Of a stretch of 64,000 nt of DNA, positions 45,555 through 58,738 are shown one piece after another; within the stretch, counting starts at the first letter, position 1; each line of letters opens with the position of its first letter. The stretch comes from Scyliorhinus canicula (lineage: Eukaryota), in the NCBI RefSeq assembly GCF_902713615.1, contig NW_024056036.1, positions 186,001 through 250,000 on the forward strand. The letters are read 5' to 3'. Both the position numbers and the translations under genes were made by a program. The notes under the pieces were generated by a model. It was not told the DNA's origin. It did no database searches and saw only the letters and a list, made by a program, of their open reading frames with translations.

Positions 45555-47130
45555 TAAGAAGTCTGACAACACCAGGTTAAAGTCCAACAGGTTTGCTTCA
45601 AACACCAGCTTTCGGAGCACTGCTCCTTCCTCAGGTGAATGAACAGGTATGTTCCAGAAACATATATATAGGCAAATTCAAAGGTGCAAGACAATGCTTA
45701 GAATGCAAGCATTTGCAGGGAATTAAGTCTTTACAGATCCAAAGATAGGGGTAACCCCAGGTTATGAGGTGTGAGTTATCTCAAGCAAGGACCGTGGTCG
45801 GAATTCGCAAGCCCAGGCATGATGGTGGGGGATGAATGTAATGTGACATGAATCCCAGGTCTCGATTGAGGTCACGCTCATGTGTGCGTAACTTGGCTAT
45901 AAGTTTCTGCTTGGCGATTCTGCGTTATCGCGCATCCTGAAGGCCGCCTTGGAGAACGCTTACCTGGAGATCAGAGGCTGAATGCCCTTGACTGCTGAAG
46001 TGTTCCCCGACTGGAAGGGAACATTCCTGCCTGGTGATTGACATGCGATACCCGTTCATCTGTTGTCACAGTGTCTGCATGGTCTCGCCAATATTCCACG
46101 CTTCGGGACAGCCTTTCCTGCAGCGTATGAGGGAGACAACGTTGGCCGAGTCACACGAGTATGCACCGCGTACCTGGTGGGTGGTGTTCTCACGTGTATT
46201 CGTGGTCTCCATGTCGATGATCTGGCACGTCTTGCAGAGATTGCCATGGTAGGGTTGTGTGATGTCGTGGTCGCTGTTCTGAAGACAGGATAGTTTGCTG
46301 CAAGCAATGGTTTGTTTGAGGTTGCGCGGTTGTTTGAAGGCCAGCAGTGAGGGTGTGGGGTTGACCTTGGCAAGATGTTCATCTTCATTGATGACGTGTT
46401 GAAGGCTGCGAAGAAGATGTCGTCGTTTCTATGCTCCGGGAAAATACGAGACGACGACGGTTGTGTTCCGTGTTTGTCTTCTGAGGAGGTCGGTGCATTT
46501 TCTTACTGCGGCACGTTGGAACTGTCGCTCGATGAGTTGAGCGCCATATCCCATTTGTACGAAGGCATCTTTCAGCGTCTGTAGATGTTTGTTACGCTCC
46601 TCCTCATCTGAGCAGATCCTGTGTATATGGAGGGCTTGTCCATCGGGGATGGCTTCTTTAATGTGTTTCGGCTGGCAGCTGGAGAAGTGGAACATTGTGA
46701 GGTGACCAGCAACATTGCAGAATCGCTGAGCAGCAACTTATAGCCAAGTTCCGCACACATGAGTGCGGCCTCAACCGGGCCTGGGATTCATGTCGCATTA
46801 CATTCATCCCCCACCATCTGGCCTGGGCTTGCGAAATCTGACCAACTGTCCTGGCGTGAGACAATTCACACCTCTTTAACCTGGGGTTACCCCTATCTCT
46901 GCATCTGTAAAAACTTAATTACCTACAAATGCTCGCATTCTAAGCATTGTCTTGCATCTTTTGAATTGGTCAATATATATGTTTCTGGAACATATCTCTT
47001 CATTCACCTGAGGAAGGAGCAGTGCTCCGAAAGCTAGTGTTTGAAGCAAACCTGTTGGACTGTAACCTGGTGTTGTAAGACTTCTTCCTGAGCTCATCCC
47101 AGTCCAACGCCGGCATCTCCACATCACGAT
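45555..47130 (-). mobile_element. 5'-truncated Penelope-like element with inverted terminal repeats (about 45556-45925 and 46718-47088)
   Basis: Minus strand encodes RT thumb (IKEAIPDGQALHIHRICSDEEER), CKTC knuckle and GIY-YIG (ANVVSLIRCRKGC...IGETMQTL...VGEHF...QKLIAKL) with stops. Confidence 0.9.
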
Positions 47131-49204
47131 TAATTTTGGTATTATCTCGAACAGCAATAACTAAAACAGACAGAAGCGCATCATTTACAGGTACAGAAAC
47201 TGGCATTAAATACACAGAGCCGGCGGTATCCCGAGATTCCTAAAACAGGGCCTTGATTAATACAAGTGGAGACAGTGCAGTGCAGTTGAAACCGAGAATT
47301 TCCTCCCACAGTCCAAAGATGCGCAGGTTAGGTGGATTGGACATTCTGAAAGATTTCCCCTGAGTGTGCAAAGGTTAGGTGGGGTTATGGGGAAAGGGTG
47401 GAGGAGTGGTCCTCAGTGGGGTGGCGTTTTGGAGGGCGGGTGCAGACTCGATGGGCCGACTGGCCTCCTTCTGCACTGTCGGGATTCTATGATTCTATGA
47501 AAAGACCGGGATTTACAATAACTGTGGCAGGGTTCTAATGTAGTGGTTACTGTTACAGGGTAAATATTCATAATAGCGGAGACAGGGTGTGCAGCAATGA
47601 TTAATGGAAGAACGTCCAGAATCAGGGACACAGTCTAAGGATATAGATGTGGAGAAATTTATTGACCTAGAGCGGTGAATCTGTGGAATTCTCTACCACA
47701 CAAAACAGTTGAGGCCAAAACATTGTATGTTTACTGGAAGGAATTATATATATAGTTCTTTTGCCTATCGGGATCATACGATATGGAGGGAAAGCGACGA
47801 CAGTTCACTGAGTTGGATGATCAGCCACGATCAGAATGAATGGAAGAGCAAGTTCAAGGGGCCGAACGGCCTACGCCTTCACCTATTGTCTATGCTTCTA
47901 CACTTCTATGTTTCTATGTAATGCAACAAAGGCTAAATTAGATATAAACTGGAACAGGGTCTAGTACAGTAATTCCTGATGCAAGGTCTACACTAATATA
48001 AACTGAGACAAAGCCGAGTGTCGTGATTTCTGAGGGGAGGGGATCTTCAATTATGTAAATTTAGACAGGGTTCTCGAGCACTAATTGCTGATAGAGCGTC
48101 GAGATTAATATAAAGTAAGACAGATTCTAGTGCCGTAATTATTGATGCAGGGTCTAGATTAACGAAAACTGAGATAAGGTCTAATGCAGTGATTGCTGAT
48201 TCAGGGTATACATTCGTTTAAAGCGAGACAGGGTCGATTGCAGGGTCGGCCCAACATTAATGTTAATCAATGTCGGGCCGACTGTGGTGTTCACCGTTAC
48301 ACGGTTGAGATTATATACATTCAGACAGATGTGCGTTTTTTCTGCGTGTTTTGTCCGTGTGCGTGGACATTTTCACACCAAACTCCTGCACAAATAATTC
48401 CTTTGCTTTATACACCAATTAATGGGACGGAGTATGGGGAACTTTACTCTTCACATACCCTGCGTTTCCCCTGCTCTGCAAGTATCTGATGGTAGGGCAA
48501 AGAGGAAGCTTTACTCTGTTCCTTACATGTGCTTTACCTATCGTTCACATGTTAGATGGCGAATATTGTGGAGGGGGCTTTGCTCTGTACTGTACCTGTC
48601 CTTCGAGTATTTGAGGGGAGCTTGTTCAGGGAAATTCACTCAGTAACTAAATGTTTACTGTTGAGGCCCTGGGAGTATATTTTGGGACAGGTTTTAGGAA
48701 GTTTTATTCTTTATCCAAATCTGTGACGCATATGGCCTGAGAGTGTTTGCTGGTTCAATGTGCAGGAAGGTTTGCTCTGTATGCAACCCCGTACTATACC
48801 TGACCTGCGAGAATTTGATGGAATAGTTTGGAGAAGCAGAGCGTTACGAAAGCTGTCCCTGGAATTCTGGTGGGACGCAGGGAATGGTAAGGTCTGGGAC
48901 CAATGTCTTAATGCCTGTGTCATATTTGAAAAGTGAGCAAAACGGATGCTCAGGTGATGAAAGGGGCAGTAGCAGAATGTGTAGAACAGTGACTAAGGGA
49001 CAGAATACAGTGTAGCTGTTAACAATTGTTTCAGATTGGGTGGAGTGCAGAGTGTTATTCTCCAGTGGGTAATATTAGCAGACTGCTTTTTCTGTTATAT
49101 ATTAATAGACAGGACTCGGGACTCGGGTTCACAGGATATCAATTGAAAAGTTGCATATGTTTCCCAAATCGAAAATGCAGTAAACAGGGAAGAGGATTAC
49201 ATAC

Positions 49205-51590
49205 ATAGATACATAGAAGTTAGGAGCAGGAGGAGGCCTTTTGGCCCTTCGAGCCTGCTCCGCCATTTATCACGATCACGGCTGATCATCCAACTCAATA
49301 GCCTAATCCTGCTTTCTTCCCATAGCCTTTAATCCCATTCTCCCCAAGCGCTATATCCAGCTGCCTCTTGAATATATTCAATGTTTTAGGATCGACTATT
49401 TCCTGTGGTCATGAATTCCACAGACTCACCACTCTTTCAACATAGAACATTACAGCGCAGTACAGGCCTTCGGCCCTCGATGCCGCGCCGATCTGTGAAA
49501 CCACTCTAAATCCCATCTACACTATTCTCTTATCGTCCATATGTCTATCCAATTACCCTTTGAATGCTCTAAGTGTTGGTGAGTCCACTACTGTTGCAGG
49601 CAGGGCATTCCACGACCTTACTACTCTCTGAGTAAAGAACCTACCTCTGGCATCTGTCCTATATCTATCTCCTCTCAATTAAAAGCTATGTCCCCTCGTG
49701 CTAGACATCACCATCCGAGGAAAATGGCTCTCACTGTCCAGCCTATCTAATCCTCTGATCATCTTATATGCCTCAATTAAGTCAATTAAGATCTTCCCTC
49801 CATACCAGGCAACATCTTGGTAAATCTCCTCTGCACCCTTTCCAATGCTTCCACATCCTTTCTATAATGCGGCGACCAGAATTGTACGCAATACTCCAAA
49901 TGCGGCCGCACCAGTTTCGGACAGCTGCAACATGACCTCATGGCTCCGAAACTCAATCCCTCTACCAATAAAAGCTAATACACCGTACGCCTTCTTAACA
50001 ACCCTCTCAACATGTGTGGCAACTTTCAGGGATCTATATACATGGACACCAAGATCTCTCTGCTCATCCACACTACCAAGATTCTTCCCATTAGCACACT
50101 ACCCTGTCTTCCTGTTATTCCTTCCAAAATGAATCACCTCACACTTTTCTGCATTGAACTCTATTTGCCACCTCTCAACCACCTGTGTGTTAAGCACCTT
50201 GGACTTTGCCCTCGTGAACCCTTGCCAGAACTCTCTAAGCTCCGGGCATGCCCAAAACATGTATGTGGACACGTTTTGCAGGGCTGCCCTTGCACCTCAT
50301 ACAACTGTCTTCTACCCCAAAAAACTTGCCCATTCTCGCTGCTGTCATGTGTGCCCGGTGGACCACCTTAAATTGAATTAGACTGAGCCTGGCACATGAT
50401 GAGGAGGAATTAACCCTGCCCAGAACCTTTGCCCACAGACCCGCTTCCAACTCCTCACCAACTCGTCCTCCCACTTGCCCTTCAGCTGCTCCACCGGGGT
50501 TTCCTCCGCCTCCTGTAGTTCCTGGTAGATATCCAACACCTTCCCCTCACCCACCCAGGTGCCAGAGACCACCCTGTCCTGTATCCTCAGTGGCGGCAGC
50601 ATCTGAAAGGCCACTATCTGTTTTTTCAGGAAGGCTCGTGCTTGGAGATATTTGAAGGCATTTCCTGGTGGCAGATTAAATTTGTCCTCTAGCGCCTTCA
50701 AACTGGGAGAGCTTCCGCCTATGAACAGATCTCCCATCCTTCAGATGCCTGCCCTCTGCCAGCTCTGGAACCCACCACCCATCCTACCCGGGACAAACCT
50801 GTGGTTCTTGCATGGGGACAGGGCATCCATTGTTGTCAAGGGAAGTCAAGGACAGCATTAAAGCAAAGGAATAAGCATACAATGTGGCGAAGATTAATGG
50901 GATGCCAAAGGATACGGAAGCTTTTAAAAGCTGATATAATGTAAAAGCTAATAAAGATTTTTATTATTACTTTTGAACTGAGGGCACTGTTTCTACGTTT
51001 TCATACGATGCCAAGATACGTAGAGGAACAAGTCGTGCTGCGGAAGCAGAGAGGCTGCAAAAAGACCTGGTCAGGCTAAGAAACGATGTGCTGGCCTTGG
51101 AGAAGCTCCCGAGGAGATTCACAAGACTGATCCTCGGAATGACTGGCTTGTCATATGAGGAGTGGTGTAGGACTCTGGGTCAGTGCTGGATAGAGTTTAG
51201 AAGGATGAGGTGCTGTGAGGGGAGTGGGGCGCGGGACGGGGGCGGGGGTGGGGTCACATTGATAGTTACTGAATAGTGAGAGGCCTAGTAGGTGAAACTA
51301 GAACCCGAGGTCACAGCCTCAGATTTAAGGGAGGAGCCTTCAAAACTGAGAGGAGGAGCAATTTATTCAGCCAGAGTGTCTTGAATCTGTGGAACTCAGT
51401 CCCGCAGCAGGCTGTGGAGGCCAAATCACTGAGTGTCTTTAAGATAGAGATAGACAGGCTCTTGATTAATAAGGGGACCAGGGATTATGGGGAGAAGGCA
51501 GGAGAACGGGGATTAGAAACATAACAGTCATGATTGAATGCGAAGCAGACTGGATGGACTGAAAGGCCGGGTTCAACTCCTATGAATAGA
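49205..51590. mobile_element. Nest of CR1 3' ends (49205-49435 -, 49436-50170 -, 50830-51590 +) with an L1 ORF2 C-terminal fragment (50180-50830 -)
   Basis: CR1 [15 protein letters not shown]-type motif; L1 piece VNSSSSCARLSLIQFKVVHRAH matches 58230-58310. Confidence 0.8.
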
Positions 51591-52725
51591 ACAGTACAGC
51601 ACAGAACAGGCCCTTCGGCCCTCGATGTTGTGCCGAGCAATGATCACCCTACTTAAACCCACGTAACCCGTATCCCAACAATCCCCCCCATTAACCTTAC
51701 ACTACGGGCAATTTAGAATGGCCAATCCACCTAACCCGCACATCTTTGGACTGTGGGAGGAAACCGGAGCACCCGGAGGAAACCCACGCACACACAGGGA
51801 GGACGTGTAGACTCCACACAGACAGTGACCCAGCCGGGAATCGAACCTGGGACCCTGGAGCTGTGAAGCATTGATGCTAACCACCATGCTACCGTGAGGC
51901 CCCTAAAAGACCCCATATGTTTTATGATTTTATGGGAGGAAGACCATATATGGACGATCTTAGAATAGATAGGTGCTTGATTGTCATCACAGTGATGATG
52001 GGTGGAAGGGCATCTTTATTTCCTGTATATCTCTCAGACTCCATGACTCTATGACAGGGTCAAAAACAGTAATCACTAATACAGAGTGTAGATTAACCTA
52101 AATTGAGATTGAATCTCGTGCAGTGATTACTGATATAGGGTCCAGATTACCATAAACTGAGACAGGTTCTAGTGCAGCGATTACTCATACAAAGATTGAT
52201 TAAACTTAAATGAGAGAGGATCTAAAGCAGTGATTATTGATACAGGATCTAGAATATTATAAACGGAGGCAGGGTCTATTGCAGTCATTCCTGGTCAGGG
52301 TCCGGATTAAACACGTGTAAAGAGTTATTAAGGCAGATTACCAAAAACGTGGTTGACGAGGCATGTTATGGGATGATTTTAATAAGGGAATTGAGGTAAA
52401 GAGGAGTAAGGAATGAATACCAGAGATTAGGACCGAGGCATATGAAGACATCGCAAAGTGAACCAAATAATTCTGAAGATAACAATACGTCTTGATCGAT
52501 TGGGGTTGCAAAAACTAAGAAAAATGTTTCATATTCACACCTACATGAACGACCAATACTCTGGGCAGCGATTTTCGTTGCTCTTCTTAACCAGATGAGT
52601 GTTGAATGATTGGGTGGATATTTCTCCTATGGGTGCCCATCATTAGCATCATGGCGATACTGTGAGAACACGGTTCTGTCTAACTCTGCCAGTGCATCAG
52701 GTTATTGGTAAATATAAATCGAGAG
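51455..52725 (+). repeat. Old segmental duplication paralogous to 62780-63955
   Basis: Colinear blocks (CR1 tail, GGAAGACCAT...TAGAATAGATAGG, CAGTGATTACTGAT-type degenerate satellite, AAGGGAATTGAGGTAAAGAGGAGT). Confidence 0.75.
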
Positions 52726-53324
52726 ACAACAGGAACATGGTCCGGTGTAATATAAACAGACACAGGCCCTGGTGTGCTCTAAAGATACAAATTCCTGTGG
52801 AATATAGAAATAGGCGGAACTTAATGTGTTATAATCCCATGCATGTTCTTAAGTGTTATTAATTGAGTGCAGCACAACCAGAACAGTGGAGTATAGACAG
52901 GGACAGGGGTTACTTTAATAGAAATAAAGACAAGGTCTCATTCAACATGAGAAGTAACAGATGTGATGTAATACAGTGACATAGAAAATAGAGCAGGAGT
53001 AGACCATTCTGCCCTTCGAGCCTGCTCCGCTATTCATTCTGATCATGGCACCTCAGTAACCTGTTCCCACTTTCCCCCATATCATTTGGTCCCTTCAGAG
53101 TTTTGATCCCCAAGAGCTATATCTAACTCCTTCTTGAAAACATACAATACTTTGTACTTAACTTTGTTCTGTGGTGACTTCCGGTTGCGGCTATGACCAG
53201 CTAAGTCGCACGTTTGGCTGCTCCTGCTACAAAGGTGTTTTCGGGCCGATTGGAGGGCCCCAACGGCGCTGTAAGGACAAATCCCGGTGGGGGAAGGCTC
53301 CCTGAAGAGAACCAGACCAACTTT

Positions 53325-54170
53325 ATGGTCGGTACCCGGAGTGGGGTGGTAAAGAAAGCAACAGCAGCTCCCAAAAAAAAGCGGGGGAAGAAGACCAAAA
53401 TGGCGGCCGGTGGCGCACCCGAGGAATGGAGGAAATGGGCGGAGGAGCAGCAGGCCGCTCTCCTGCGCTTCTTTACGGAGCTGAAAATGGAGCTCTTGGA
53501 GTCAATGAATGCGACGACCACCAGGCTGATGGGAGCCCAGGCGACCCAAGAGGCGTCGATTCGGGAGCTGCAACAGGAGATGACTGTGAGGGAGGAGGAG
53601 GCCACGGTCCTCGTGGGAAAGGTAGAGGTGCACGAGGCACTCCACCTGAAATGGCAGAGCCGTTTTGAGGAGCTGGATACCCGAATGAGGCGGAAGAACC
53701 TGAGGATCTTGGGCCTGGCAGAAGGCCTGGAGGGGTCAGACCTCCCGGGATATGTAGCAGAAATGCTGAGCTCCCTGATGGGGGCAGGGGCCGTCCCTTC
53801 GCCCCTGGAGCTGGAAGAGGCCTACAGGGTCATGGCTAGGAGGCCAAGAGCAAATGAGCCCCCGAGGGCGGTGCTGGTGCGGTTCCAGCGACTCAGCGAC
53901 CGTGAGAGAGTGCTGGAGTGGCCCAAGAGGGAAAGGAGCAGCAAGTGGGAGAATTCGACGGTGAGGGTCTACCAGGACTGGAGTGCGGAGGTGGCAAAGC
54001 GGCGGGCCCGGTACAACCGGACGAAGGCGGTGCTACATGCAAAACGGATCAGGTTCGGAATGCTGCAGCCAGCGCGCTTGTGGGTCACCTACAGGAACCA
54101 ACACCACTATTTTGAGTCCCCAGAGGAGGCGTGGGCCTTTGTACAGGAAGAGAAACTGGACTCGAATTAG
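53325..54170 (+). CDS. L1 ORF1 (coiled coil + RRM + CTD); start may be 53325 or 53400
   Basis: RRKNLRILGLAEG, PRAVLVRF, VRVYQDWS, KRIRFGMLQPARLWVTY. Confidence 0.88.
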   Translation: MVGTRSGVVKKATAAPKKKRGKKTKMAAGGAPEEWRKWAEEQQAALLRFFTELKMELLESMNATTTRLMGAQATQEASIRELQQEMTVREEEATVLVGKVEVHEALHLKWQSRFEELDTRMRRKNLRILGLAEGLEGSDLPGYVAEMLSSLMGAGAVPSPLELEEAYRVMARRPRANEPPRAVLVRFQRLSDRERVLEWPKRERSSKWENSTVRVYQDWSAEVAKRRARYNRTKAVLHAKRIRFGMLQPARLWVTYRNQHHYFESPEEAWAFVQEEKLDSN

Positions 54171-54941
54171 ACCCAGGGGATACTTGGCGGCCGTAGCCGC
54201 TCGGGTACTTTCAGCTGAATTCTTTGTTTGGATTTTGAACTCTTGCTGTGGTTTTTCTTCTGATGTTTTTTCCCCCTTTGCCAACTTCCCTTAGTTATTG
54301 TTATTGTGGTTATTCATGGTTATTTATGGTTATTTATGCTGTTTGGTAGAGGGCGACTGTTAAGTACATTGTTATTTGTTATTTATCTGTTATTTATAAT
54401 GTTAAGTTGGGGAGGTGGGACGGGGGGAGAGCAGATCGGGGATATGGGCCCCTAGGGGGGGTTCTTTTACAGGCATGGACGGGGACGGGGGTGGAACTGA
54501 AGATGGCGGGGTGGGGTGTGGCAGGGCGAAAGCGCGGGCTTTCCTCTGTTTTCCCGCGCGCGGGGCAGAGGAGGGGGGAGGGGAGGAGTGCGGGGCGTGG
54601 CTAGCAATGGCGACCTTTCCCGCGCTGGAGCGGGGCCAGGGAGGAGTGGCAAGGGGGGGGAGGCCCCCCCCCCGAGCCGGGGGGAGTCGGAGTGTGGCAG
54701 GAGCAGCCGGGTCAGCGTGAACCAGCTGACTTACGGGAGTACGATGGAGGGTACATCGCGGCTAGGAGGGGTCCTAGCCTGGGGGGGGGGGGGGGGAGGG
54801 GGGTTAGGGAGGGACACCGGGTTGCTGCTGAAAAGACCAGAAACGGGAAGTGGAGGACTGGAGAGGTGGGGGGAGGGGGACATCGCCATGGGGAGCGGGT
54901 CAGAAGGGGAGGGTCGACCCGGGGCGAGCAGGGAACAGGAC

Positions 54942-57900
54942 ATGGCTAATCGGCAGGGGAAGGGGGCGGGTCGTCCCGCGACCCGGCTGATCACTTGGAA
55001 CGTGAGGGGGTTGAATGGGCCGGTCAAGAGATCAAGGGTATTCTCACACCTGAAGGGACTGAAGGCTGATGTAGCAATGTTACAGGAGACCCATTTGAAG
55101 GTAGTGGACCAGGTTCGCCTGAGAAGGGGGTGGGTGGGGCAGGTGTTCCACTCTGGATTGGACGCAAAGAACCGGGGGGGTGGCGATTCTGGTGGGAAAG
55201 AGGGTGTCGTTCGTGGCGGAGGAGGTGGTGGCGGATAAGGAGGGTAGGTATGTGATGGTGAAGGGTAAGCTGCAGGGGGAGAAAGTGGTGATGGTCAACG
55301 TATATGCCCCGAACTGGGATGACGCGGGTTTTATGAGGCGCCTATTGGGCCTCATTCCGGGACTGGAGGCAGGGGGCTTGATCATGGGGGGGGACTTTAA
55401 CACAGTGCTGGACCCCGGGCTAGACAGATCGAGCTCAAGGACCAATAGGAGGCCGGCAGCGGCAGAAGTGCTGAGGGGGTACATGGAGCAGATGGGAGGA
55501 GTAGACCCATGGAGGTTTGGTAGGCCGAGGGCGAGGGAGTATTCCTTTTTCTCCCACGTCCATAGAGTGTACTCCAGAATCGATTTCTTCGTGTTGAGCA
55601 GGGGGCTGATCCCGAGGGTACGGGAAGCTGAGTACTCGGCCATTGCGATCTCTGATCATGCACCGCATTGGGTGGATGTGGAAATGGGGGAGGCGCGGGA
55701 CCAGCGCCCGCTGTGGCGGCTGGATGTGGGGCTGTTAGCGGACGACGAGGTGTGTAAAATGGTCCGGAAGAGCATTGAGAGCTATCTGGACTTGAATGAC
55801 ACGGGTGAGGTGCAGGTGGGGATGGTCTGGGAGGCCCTGAAGGCAGTGATCAGGGGAGAGCTGATCTCCATAAGGGCGCACAGAGAAAGAAAGGAGAGGC
55901 AGGAGAGGGAGAGGCTGGTGGCGGAGCTATTGGAAGTGGATAGGAGATATGCGGAGGCACCAGAGGAGGGGCTGCTGGGAGAACGGCGCAGCCTGCAGGT
56001 CAAGTTCGACCTGCTGACCACCAGGAAGGCAGAGACGCAGTGGAGAAGGGCACAGGGCGCGGTCTATGAGTATGGGGAAAAGGCGAGCAGGATGCTGGCA
56101 CACCAGCTTCGCAAACGAGATGCGGCTAGGGAGATTGGGGGAGTGAAGGAGAGGGGCGGGAAGGTAGTGCAGAAGGGGCAAGAAGTGAACGGGGTCTTCA
56201 GGGATTTTTACAAGGAGTTGTATCGGTCTGAGCCGCCGACGAGGAGAGGGGGAATGGAGGACTTCCTAAACAAATTGAGGTTCCCAAGGGTCCAGGAGGG
56301 GCTGGTAGAAGGGCTGGGGGCGCCAATAGGGCTAGAGGAGCTAGTCAAGGGAATAGGTCAGATGCAAGCGGGGAAGGCGCCGGGGCCAGATGGGTTCCCG
56401 GTGGAATTCTATAAGAAAAATGTGGACTTGGTGGGACCGGTACTGGTACGAGCCTTTAATGAGGCGCGAGAGGGGGGGGTTCTGCCCCCGACAATGTCGC
56501 AGGCTCTGATCTCCCTGATATTGAAGCGGGATAAAGACCCCGTGCAGTGCGGGTCCTACAGGCCTATCTCGCTTCTGAACGTGGATGCCAAGTTGCTGGC
56601 AAAGATCCTGGCAGCTAGAATAGAGGATTGTGTGCCAGGGGTAATCCATGAGGACCAGACGGGGTTCGTGAAGGGGCGGCAGCTCAACACGAACGTGCGG
56701 AGATTGCTGAATGTAATTATGATGCCGGCAGTGGAGGGGGAGGCTGAGATAGTGGTAGCGCTGGACGCGGAGAAGGCATTCGATAGGGTGGAGTGGGAGT
56801 ACCTGTGGGAGACGTTGGAACGGTTTGGGTTTGGGGAAGGGTTTATTAAGTGGGTGAAGTTGCTCTACTCGGCCCCGACGGCGAGTGTAGTGACAAACGG
56901 GAGGAGGTCGGAGTATTTCGGGCTCCACCGAGGGACCAGGCAGGGATGTCCCCTATCCCCCCTACTTTTCGCACTGGCGATTGAACCATTGGCGATGGCA
57001 CTGAGGGGTTCAGGGGGGTGGAGAGGACTGACTAGGGGAGGGGAGGAACATCGAGTATCGCTGTATGCGGATGATCTACTGCTGTACGTGGCAGACCCAG
57101 AAGGGGGAATGCCGGAGATAATGGAACTATTAGCAGAGTTTGGGGACTTTTCGGGGTACAAACTAAATTTGGGCAAAAGCGAGGTTTTTGTGATACACCC
57201 GGGGGACCAGGGAGAGGGTATTGGGAGACTCCCCTTCAAGCGAGCAGGAAAGAGCTTTAGGTACTTAGGGGTGCAGGTGGCAAGGAACTGGGGGACCCTC
57301 CACAAGTTGAACTTTTCCAGGCTGGTGGAACAGATGGAGGAGGAATTTAAGAGGTGGGACATGGTACCGTTGTCGCTGGCGGGGAGGGTGCAGTCAATCA
57401 AAATGACGGTCCTCCCAAGGTTCTTGTTTTTATTTCAGTGCTTGCCCATCTTCCTCCCTAGGGCCTTCTTCAAAAAGGTGACGAGTAGCATCATGAGCTA
57501 CGTGTGGGCGCATGGCACCCCAAGGGTGAGGAGGGTCTTTTTGGAGCGGAGTAGGGACAGTGGAGGGCTGGCACTGCCCAATCTCTCGGGGTACTACTGG
57601 GCGGCAAATGTGTCAATGGTGCGCAAGTGGATGATGGAAGGGGAGGGGGCAGCTTGGAAACGAATGGAGAGGGCGTCCTGTGGCAACACAAGCCTGGGCG
57701 CCCTAGTCACGGCACCATGGCCGCCCCCCCCCCACGAGGTACACCACGAGCCCGGTGGTGGCGGCCACCCTCAAGATATGGGGGCAGTGGAGGCGACATA
57801 GGGGGGAAATGGGAGGTCTGTTGGCGGCGCCAATAAGAGGGAACCATAGATTCATCCCGGGGAACATCGACGGGGGATTTCAGAGCTGGTACAGGGTGGG

Positions 57901-58738
57901 CATACGGCAGCTGAAGGACCTGTTTATAGAGGGGAGGTTTGCGAGCCTGGGAGGGCTGGAGGAGAAGTTTGAGCTCCCCCCGGGAAACATGTTCAGATAT
58001 TTACAAGTGAAGGCATTTGCTAGGCGGCAGGTGGAGGGGTTTCCCCTGCTCCCCAGTAAGGGGGCGAGTGATAGGGTGCTCTCGGGGGTCTGGGTCGGAG
58101 GGGGGAAGATATCAGACATCTACAAGATAATGCAGGAGGCGGAAGCAGCATCAGGGGAGGAGCTGAAAGCCAAGTGGGAAGGGGAGCTGGGAGAGCAGAT
58201 AGAAGACGGGACGTGGGCGGATGCACTGGAGAAGGTCAACTCTTCCTCCTCGTGTGCGAGACTGAGCCTCATTCAATTTAAGGTGCTGCATAGAGCTCAC
58301 ATGACGGGGACAAGGATGAGCCGGTTCTTTGGGGGTGAGGACAGGTGTGTCAGATGTCTGGGAAGCCCAGCGAACCATGTGCATATGTTCTGGGCATGTC
58401 CGGTGCTGGAAGGGTTCTGGAAGGGGGTGGCAAGGACGGTGTCGAAGGTGGTGGGGTCCAGGGTCAAACCAGGATGGGGGCTTGCGATCTTTGGGGTCGG
58501 GGTAGAACCGGGGGTACAGGAGGCTAGGGAGGCCGGAATACTGGCCTTTGCGTCCCTAGTGGCTCGACGAAGGATATTAATTCAATGGAAGGACGCGAGG
58601 CCTCCAAGCGTTGAAACTTGGATTAACGATATGGCTAGCTATATTCAGCTAGAAAGGATCAAATTTGCCCTGAGAGGGTCGGTACAGGGATTCGCCAGGC
58701 GGTGGCAACCTTTCCTTGACTTTTTAGATCAGAGATAG
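54942..58738 (+). CDS. L1 ORF2 (APE + RT + Cys-rich C-terminus), two frameshifts in homopolymers (G7 55174-55180; C10 57724-57733)
   Basis: ITWNVRGLN, MLQETHL, GGDFN, SDH, APGPDG, RQGCPLSP, YADD, CxxC-x8-H-x4-C. Confidence 0.9.

Noticed and set aside
55080-57401. Long antisense ORFs within L1 and CR1
   Set aside because: Expected shadows of GC-rich coding strands; no independent support.
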